Shown here piece after piece: positions 35,699-40,286 of a DNA stretch of 40,286 bases. The DNA comes from Enterococcus phage EFC-1. Every line of letters starts with the position of its first letter. The stretch's first letter is position 1. Position numbers and translations under genes: made by a program. The DNA lies in sequence record KJ608188.1. One strand, written 5' to 3'. A model generated the notes under the pieces. The model was not told the DNA's origin, ran no database searches, and was given only the letters and a program-made list of their open reading frames with translations.

Positions 35699-36103
35699 AT
35701 GGTGATTATTGATAATCAAGCGTTGATACTAGAATTCAAGAATATGATTTCTAACGGTTTTATTCAGGTGTTTGTCTGGATTGTGTTAGGGGATATCTTA
35801 ACAGGATTATGTAAAGGTATTTTCATTAAGGAAGGAAATAGCACAAAAGGATTGCTAGGATTAGTAAAACATTTATTAGTGGTCTGCTTAATAAGCGTTG
35901 CTTATCCATACTTGAAAATCATGGGTCTAGAATCAATCGCTACTGGATTTGTCTTATTTTATATAGCAGTGTATGGCATTTCCATTATTGAAAACTTAGG
36001 GCAGTTAGGCGTTCCCTTTCCTTCATGGGTTAAGGAGCATTTAAGTAAATTAAAAGATGAAAATGATAAAGGTGGTGAACCTAAAGATGGTGCAAGTGAT
36101 TAA
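35699..36103 (+). CDS. holin (three predicted TM helices)
   Basis: 135 aa. Hydrophobic segments FIQVFVWIVLGDILTGL, LLVVCLISVAYPYL, ATGFVLFYIAVYGISII and a charged C-terminus. Immediately upstream of and overlapping the endolysin. Confidence 0.65.
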   Translation: MVIIDNQALILEFKNMISNGFIQVFVWIVLGDILTGLCKGIFIKEGNSTKGLLGLVKHLLVVCLISVAYPYLKIMGLESIATGFVLFYIAVYGISIIENLGQLGVPFPSWVKEHLSKLKDENDKGGEPKDGASD

Positions 36104-36920
36104 TCAATCTGTTTGCGATGGGATTGCCGGGAGACGTCCCAATGCAACGCCAAAAGGTGTTGTCATTCATAATGATGCCGGAAGTATTTATGCTACAGCT
36201 GCACAATATGTCAATGCCTTGGCTGTAATGTCTCCTACACAACTGGCGAATGGTTTTGCTCATTATTATATTGATCGAAATACAATTGCACGTGTAGAAG
36301 ATACATTCAATGCAGCATGGCACACAGCGAATCCAGAGGGGAATTTGAACTATGTTGGCTATGAAGTATGTCAATCAATGGGTGCTAGCGATGCCGATTT
36401 CTTAGCGAATGAACAAATGACATTTAAACAAGTTGCTGAAGATATGAAGTTTTGGGGAATGTACCCTAATAGAGATACTGTAAGATTACACAAAGAATTT
36501 GTTCCTACGGCATGTCCTCACCGTTCCTGGGAATTGCATGGAAAAGAAACAAATGCCGTAAAAGACTATTTTATTAGCCAAATAAAAAAATATATGGGCA
36601 ATCCAAACGAAGGCAATGGCGATTCAAATAATAACAATCAAAATAATATAAAAGGTGGAGAAACGACTATGCAATGTTTATACGAAAGACCAATTAATTC
36701 AAAAACAGGTAAACTAGAATGGAATGGAGATGCTTGGACGGTAATGTTTTGCAACGGAGTTAACACAAGACGTGTGTCTCATCCAGATGAAATGAAAGTC
36801 ATTGAGGACCTATACAAGAGAAACAATGGAAAAGATATTCCTTTCTACGGACAAGATAAATGGAACAAAAACGCTCCTTGGTATAATCGCTTAGAAGCTA
36901 TGTTTCCAGTAGTGAAATAA
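36087..36920 (+). CDS. endolysin: N-acetylmuramoyl-L-alanine amidase (Amidase_2/PGRP-type) with C-terminal cell-wall-binding domain
   Basis: N-terminal block VVIHNDAGSIYATAAQYVNAL ... AHYYIDRNTIARVED ... AWHTANPEGN ... PTACPH fits the zinc amidase_2 fold (His/His/Cys ligands). Track ORF 36057 trimmed to the ATG at 36087 after AAAGGTGGTG. Confidence 0.7.
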   Translation: MVQVINQSVCDGIAGRRPNATPKGVVIHNDAGSIYATAAQYVNALAVMSPTQLANGFAHYYIDRNTIARVEDTFNAAWHTANPEGNLNYVGYEVCQSMGASDADFLANEQMTFKQVAEDMKFWGMYPNRDTVRLHKEFVPTACPHRSWELHGKETNAVKDYFISQIKKYMGNPNEGNGDSNNNNQNNIKGGETTMQCLYERPINSKTGKLEWNGDAWTVMFCNGVNTRRVSHPDEMKVIEDLYKRNNGKDIPFYGQDKWNKNAPWYNRLEAMFPVVK

Positions 36921-36979
36921 AGTATAGTAAAATATTTATAGGTAGTGTAAAATAATAACACACTTATTAAATTTCACTT

Positions 36980-37008
36980 GAGTCGCCTTTCTAAGGTGGC
37001 TCTTTTTA
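36980..37008 (+). terminator. rho-independent terminator after the endolysin (8-bp stem with two G-U pairs, U5)
   Basis: GAGTCGCC tttctaa GGTGGCTC TTTTTAGG. Confidence 0.45.
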
Positions 37009-37018
37009 GGACCATTAG

Positions 37019-37092
37019 CTCAGTTGGTTAGAGCAAACGGCTCATAACCGTTCGGTCACAGGTTCGAGTCCTGTATGGTCCACTTAAAAAAT
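37019..37092 (+). tRNA. tRNA with CAU anticodon (elongator tRNA-Met or tRNA-Ile2 that needs lysidine modification)
   Basis: Cloverleaf: acceptor GGACCAT/ATGGTCC, D-arm GCTC-AGTTGGTTA-GAGC, anticodon stem AACGG/CCGTT with loop CTCATAA, T-arm ACAGG-TTCGAGT-CCTGT, discriminator A; CCA not encoded. The G1:C72 pair argues against an initiator. Confidence 0.8.
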
Positions 37093-37108
37093 AAAAAAAG
37101 AAACCCCA

Positions 37109-37160
37109 ACACTGTTGAAACTATAAAACATTGTGCGGGTTTCTTTTATTTAGGTTTATA
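37109..37160 (+). terminator. long imperfect hairpin plus T-tract downstream of the tRNA (putative terminator)
   Basis: AGAAACCC ...30 nt... GGGTTTCT TTTATTT; the loop itself contains CAACA c TGTTG. Confidence 0.35.
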
Positions 37161-37175
37161 AAGTGAGAGGGTGTA

Positions 37176-37412
37176 ATGATGGAACAAGAAAGAAAATTGA
37201 TAGAGCTTGAGAATAAAATAAAAAAATTAGAATTTCAACAAAATATTTTAGTCAATGTGGTACTCAGCAAAAAACAACCTTGGGCAGAAAAAGCTTTATC
37301 AAATGCTAAAGATAAAGGGTTAATTGAGATGCCATATATGGGCATTAACAGTGAGGGATCTTATGATTTTTACAGAATTATAGATTTGTTAGATAAATTA
37401 GGCTTACTCTAA
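37176..37412 (+). CDS. hypothetical protein (78 aa) in the accessory region, convergent with the TIR gene and overlapping it by 9 nt
   Basis: RBS GAGAGGGTG; helical N-terminal half (LIELENKIKKLEFQQNIL). Confidence 0.4.
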   Translation: MMEQERKLIELENKIKKLEFQQNILVNVVLSKKQPWAEKALSNAKDKGLIEMPYMGINSEGSYDFYRIIDLLDKLGLL

Positions 37413-38246
37413 TAGAGATTTAAAAGCGTTTATAATGTCATTTGTTGAGTTTATTCTTGTATCTAATGCTAGTCGGTTTGATAAAGAAGGACTTTTCTTA
37501 TCAATTTCATCTTTTGTAATATTATGCCAAAGTGGGAGAATCATTTGTCTACCAGTAGCACTTTCTTTATTTAATATTCCGTCCAATTCATAGTTTGTCC
37601 AGAACTTTTCAATATATTTGGAGGAAAGTACTACCAAGCCAAACTTCGAATTTGAAAGGCCTGCATCAATGGATTGACGTATAGATTGTCCCCAAGCAAT
37701 ATCACTTTTATCTCTCCAGATTGAAAAGCCTTCATTAGTGAATGCTTGGGTCAATTTATCTACGTATTCTGAATCATCAGATGCATATGAAATGAAAAGA
37801 TCATAAGTTTTATTAACTAATGAAGGATCGTTTGGTAGTTCGGATTGTACATTTTGTAATGCTGCAGTCTGGGTTTCTTTTATCTTCATTATCTGAGTGT
37901 CGTAAGTTTTTTTTAGATTCTTTTGGAACTGTGTATTTTCTATAGTACGCTGTTTACTTAGCTTTACTTGAATATCACCTAATTCTTTTCTTTTTTTTGC
38001 TAACTTAGAAGAAATAGTAGCTGATTTTTCTTTAGATGCTAAAGATTTTTTAGTTTCTGATTCTTTGATTCTGCTTTGAGATCTTATGGTGGATATTGAC
38101 TTAGAACTTTCTATTTTTTTAGAACTATCAGCTATCTTTTTCTCTGAATTAGCTATTTTCTTTTGTTCTCGAGCATAGTCTCCTTCAAGTTTTGTTATAT
38201 CTGATAATAGAGACTTTTCTTTTTGTTGTAAACTATTGATTGACAA
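37404..38246 (-). CDS. coiled-coil + TIR-domain protein (candidate NAD+-cleaving defence/abortive-infection effector or host immune-modulating TIR protein)
   Basis: C-terminal 140 aa: YDLFISYASDDSEY (TIR beta-A/alpha-A), SIWRD, KFGLVVLSSKYIEKFWTNYELDGIL (S-x-W...E-L alpha-C with conserved Glu). N-terminal about 140 aa Lys/Ser/Glu-rich heptad coiled coil. TTG start with AAAGGAGGA RBS. Location between the lysis cassette and the integrase. Confidence 0.65.
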   Translation of the reverse strand: MSINSLQQKEKSLLSDITKLEGDYAREQKKIANSEKKIADSSKKIESSKSISTIRSQSRIKESETKKSLASKEKSATISSKLAKKRKELGDIQVKLSKQRTIENTQFQKNLKKTYDTQIMKIKETQTAALQNVQSELPNDPSLVNKTYDLFISYASDDSEYVDKLTQAFTNEGFSIWRDKSDIAWGQSIRQSIDAGLSNSKFGLVVLSSKYIEKFWTNYELDGILNKESATGRQMILPLWHNITKDEIDKKSPSLSNRLALDTRINSTNDIINAFKSLLE

Positions 38247-38339
38247 ATCTGGTCCTCCTTTAAAATATATAATTAATATTGGTTTAATTATACCATTCTA
38301 TAGGTAAGAACAGTAATATGACCAAATTTAAATATCTTT

Positions 38340-38588
38340 TTATGCACTAATCAAAGTTTTCCTTACAAGCATTTTTTCAATTACAAGTTGATTTCTTTTA
38401 TTCAAATGACCATAGACAGCTAGTTCAGATTTTTCGGGTAGCATTAGTAACATATTTGCTAATTCGTATTTGGAGACGATACAGTTTATAGTTTCGTCCT
38501 GTGTTACTAATGAGAATCGAACTAGCATTTTTGGGTACATACTTAACATTCTAATCTTTTCAACTACTCCTACATAATTAGTTTTCAT
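38340..38588 (-). CDS. hypothetical protein (82 aa) between the integrase and the TIR gene
   Basis: ATG with AGGAGG 8 nt upstream; no recognised domain. Confidence 0.45.
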   Translation of the reverse strand: MKTNYVGVVEKIRMLSMYPKMLVRFSLVTQDETINCIVSKYELANMLLMLPEKSELAVYGHLNKRNQLVIEKMLVRKTLISA

Positions 38589-38702
38589 AATATCGGCCTC
38601 CTAGTAATACAATTATACCGAATGCATGTTCGTATTGTCTATAGGTTTGTATAAATGTAATATTTTAGGTATATGATTTTGTTTATTAGTGTAAATAACA
38701 CT

Positions 38703-38714
38703 ATGTACCTAAAA
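38703..38714. promoter_or_regulatory. one arm of an 11-bp inverted repeat (TTTAGGTATAT ... ATGTACCTAAA, partner at about 38656-38666) overlapping the integrase stop codon
   Basis: Imperfect palindrome with about 30-nt spacer immediately 3' of the integrase on the minus strand; no U-tract, so probably not a canonical terminator. Confidence 0.25.
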
Positions 38715-40103
38715 TTTATATTTAATAATTACCTCATCATCAAATAGTTCTATACGTTCAACAAACTCTTTGATGATAAGGATTTTATTTTCTGTAGTTT
38801 CAGTTTCCCAATTAAAAGTTTTTAACGTTTCAAGCTTATTAATTAATGACTCACTTTTGGTACCTTCTAAGTTTGCTATATTGGCAGTTAACGCATTTAT
38901 TTCATTATCAATTTTTTTCATACGTTCATTAAGCATTGTGACATCAAATGTACCATATTGATACAAATCTAGAATTTTTTGTTTTTCGTTATGCTTCTTG
39001 GAAATTTGGTTATTAATAGTGGTGATTTTTGATTTTGTTTTATTTTCAACTTGTTTTAATTCACGTTCGATTTTTTTGAAGTCCAATGATTTAAGTGAAT
39101 CTATTACTTTCTTTTCAACTACTTCTTGTCTGAGACTAGGTTGTTTGCAGTTCCAATCTTTTACTAGCGAAGGTAGCATTTTCTTTACTGATCTACACAT
39201 ATAATAATTATATCGATATTTTTTGCCTCCTGATACATAACGAAATACTTTAGCTCCGCATTTACCACAATAAGTAATCCCTAATAAAAGCCCTAATTGA
39301 TTTCCATGCTGTTCGCCACCTTTTTGAGCCATTCTGGCAATAATTTCTTGAGCTTTATCGTACATAGATTTATCAATTATAGGTGAGTGATGGCCATCAT
39401 ACACTTTGCCGTCCCAACTTATTTTGCCAATATATAATGGATTGGTTAAGGCATACTTTACTATGGTTAATGTTTTTACCTTATCTGGGTATTTTGCAAC
39501 CATACGTTTTGTTATATATTGCTGTCCTTTACCTTGGTTCACATATAAATCATAGATTTCTTGAATAATTTGCGCCTCGTAATCATTGATAATTAATTCT
39601 CCATGCACATAATCGTAACCTAAGGGAACAATGCCACTTCCGTGATAGTATCCTTGTTTTGCACGTTCTGTTCTTCCCATGTGCATTCTTTCTGTAATTG
39701 TGTCTCGCTCTAATTGTGCAAAAACGGATAACATTCCTATCGTCGCACGGCCAAAAGGTGTTGATGTGTCAAAGCTTTCTTGCATGCTGATAAAGTCTAC
39801 ATTATTTTTTAGAAATACATCTTCAATTAAATACAATGTATTCTTTTGTGAACGTGAAAGCCTGTCTAATTTGTAGACTAGAACCACATCAATTTTTTTA
39901 TTTTGAATATCAGATATCATTTCTTGTAATGCAGGGCGCTCCATTTTTGCTCCTGAAAACCCTGGATCAGTATATACTTTTGCAACTGCCATATCTTTTG
40001 CTTTTGCAAAAGCTTTTAGTTTATCTGTTTGTGCGGGAATGCTGTATCCTTCCTTGGCTTGTTCCATTGTGGATACACGTATATACAATGCTGCACGTTT
40101 CAT
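38709..40103 (-). CDS. large serine recombinase (prophage integrase)
   Basis: N-terminal resolvase catalytic domain AALYIRVSTMEQ (Ser nucleophile), YKLDRLSRS, recombinase domain, zinc-ribbon CGKCG...C and C-terminal coiled coil; 464 aa. AAAGGAG RBS. Confidence 0.85.
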   Translation of the reverse strand: MKRAALYIRVSTMEQAKEGYSIPAQTDKLKAFAKAKDMAVAKVYTDPGFSGAKMERPALQEMISDIQNKKIDVVLVYKLDRLSRSQKNTLYLIEDVFLKNNVDFISMQESFDTSTPFGRATIGMLSVFAQLERDTITERMHMGRTERAKQGYYHGSGIVPLGYDYVHGELIINDYEAQIIQEIYDLYVNQGKGQQYITKRMVAKYPDKVKTLTIVKYALTNPLYIGKISWDGKVYDGHHSPIIDKSMYDKAQEIIARMAQKGGEQHGNQLGLLLGITYCGKCGAKVFRYVSGGKKYRYNYYMCRSVKKMLPSLVKDWNCKQPSLRQEVVEKKVIDSLKSLDFKKIERELKQVENKTKSKITTINNQISKKHNEKQKILDLYQYGTFDVTMLNERMKKIDNEINALTANIANLEGTKSESLINKLETLKTFNWETETTENKILIIKEFVERIELFDDEVIIKYKF

Positions 40104-40130
40104 ATAAAATTGCTCCTTTCAAAATAAATA

Positions 40131-40286
40131 CTAGTTGTTTTCATCAATATTTTCTAACTGTAAAAACAATTTGGCGTAGTCGGATTTCAACTCCTGATAT
40201 TCTTCTTCGGTAAATATATAGCTAGGTCCAGTGCGAAGGTTTAAATTTATATATTCGATATTTAGTTCATCGCATAGTCTTTTTTC
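40131..40286 (-). CDS. partial ORF (C-terminal 51 codons shown; N-terminus beyond window), co-oriented with and 27 nt upstream of the integrase
   Basis: Reverse-strand frame ...RTGPSYIFTEEEYQELKSDYAKLFLQLENIDENN* is open to the window edge. Could be a disrupted or 3'-remodelled host gene at attR, or a phage gene. Confidence 0.3.
   Translation of the reverse strand, partial: EKRLCDELNIEYINLNLRTGPSYIFTEEEYQELKSDYAKLFLQLENIDENN

Noticed and set aside
37019-37092. tRNA as the attB-derived prophage boundary
   Set aside because: The integrase is a serine recombinase 1.6 kb further right, and phage-type genes (TIR cassette) lie between. A tRNA-targeting tyrosine integrase is absent, so the tRNA is treated as cargo, with the alternative kept as a low-probability note
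38770-40213. Five + strand ORFs (38770..38961, 38998..39204, 39383..39568, 39679..39876, 39836..40213) over the integrase gene
   Set aside because: Antisense to the serine recombinase, Leu/Phe/Ile-rich; artefacts
1-40286. CRISPR arrays, rRNA, IS elements/transposases
   Set aside because: Searched for regularly spaced direct repeats and transposase-like ORFs. None found. The only short repeats are operator, iteron and junction repeats described above

Overview
The window holds an almost complete ~40 kb temperate siphovirus-type prophage from a low-GC Firmicute; gene content looks Enterococcus/Listeria/Streptococcus-like. Nearly all genes from 2.4 to 36.9 kb are on the + strand, in the usual module order. 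The left end carries a minus-strand lysogeny cluster: an Ltp-type superinfection-exclusion lipoprotein, an ImmA-like peptidase and an XRE-family CI-type repressor. A divergent switch with three operator copies faces a Cro-like gene. Next come an early, recombination and replication module (SMC/RecF-like ATPase, Sak4-like RecA-fold ATPase, DEAD/DEAH helicase, a tiny DPPH-motif orphan DNA methyltransferase, tandem YopX paralogues, a PriCT_2 primase with a P-loop NTPase, an iteron-and-hairpin origin-like region and RusA) and an ArpU-like late regulator. Packaging and head genes follow (TerS, TerL, portal, SPP1-gp7-like minor head protein, scaffold, major capsid), then head-tail joining genes, the major tail protein, an Ig-like (Big_2) protein, the G/GT tail chaperone pair with a GGGAAAG -1 frameshift site, the tape measure, Dit, a Tal with H-x-H repeats, and a BppU-like receptor-binding protein. 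A holin and an Amidase_2 endolysin close the + strand block. The last 3 kb is an accessory (moron) region on the minus strand: a tRNA(CAU), a coiled-coil protein with a TIR domain flanked by two small unknown genes, and a large serine recombinase (integrase) at the far right end, with a partial co-oriented ORF running off the window. Most worth a second look are the TIR-domain accessory cassette, the conserved out-of-frame peptides after the capsid and tail-tube genes, host-Prp-type cleavage motifs on the scaffold and capsid N-termini, the H-x-H repeat array in the tail tip protein, and the orphan mini-methyltransferase with the YopX pair. No CRISPR array, rRNA or transposase was seen.
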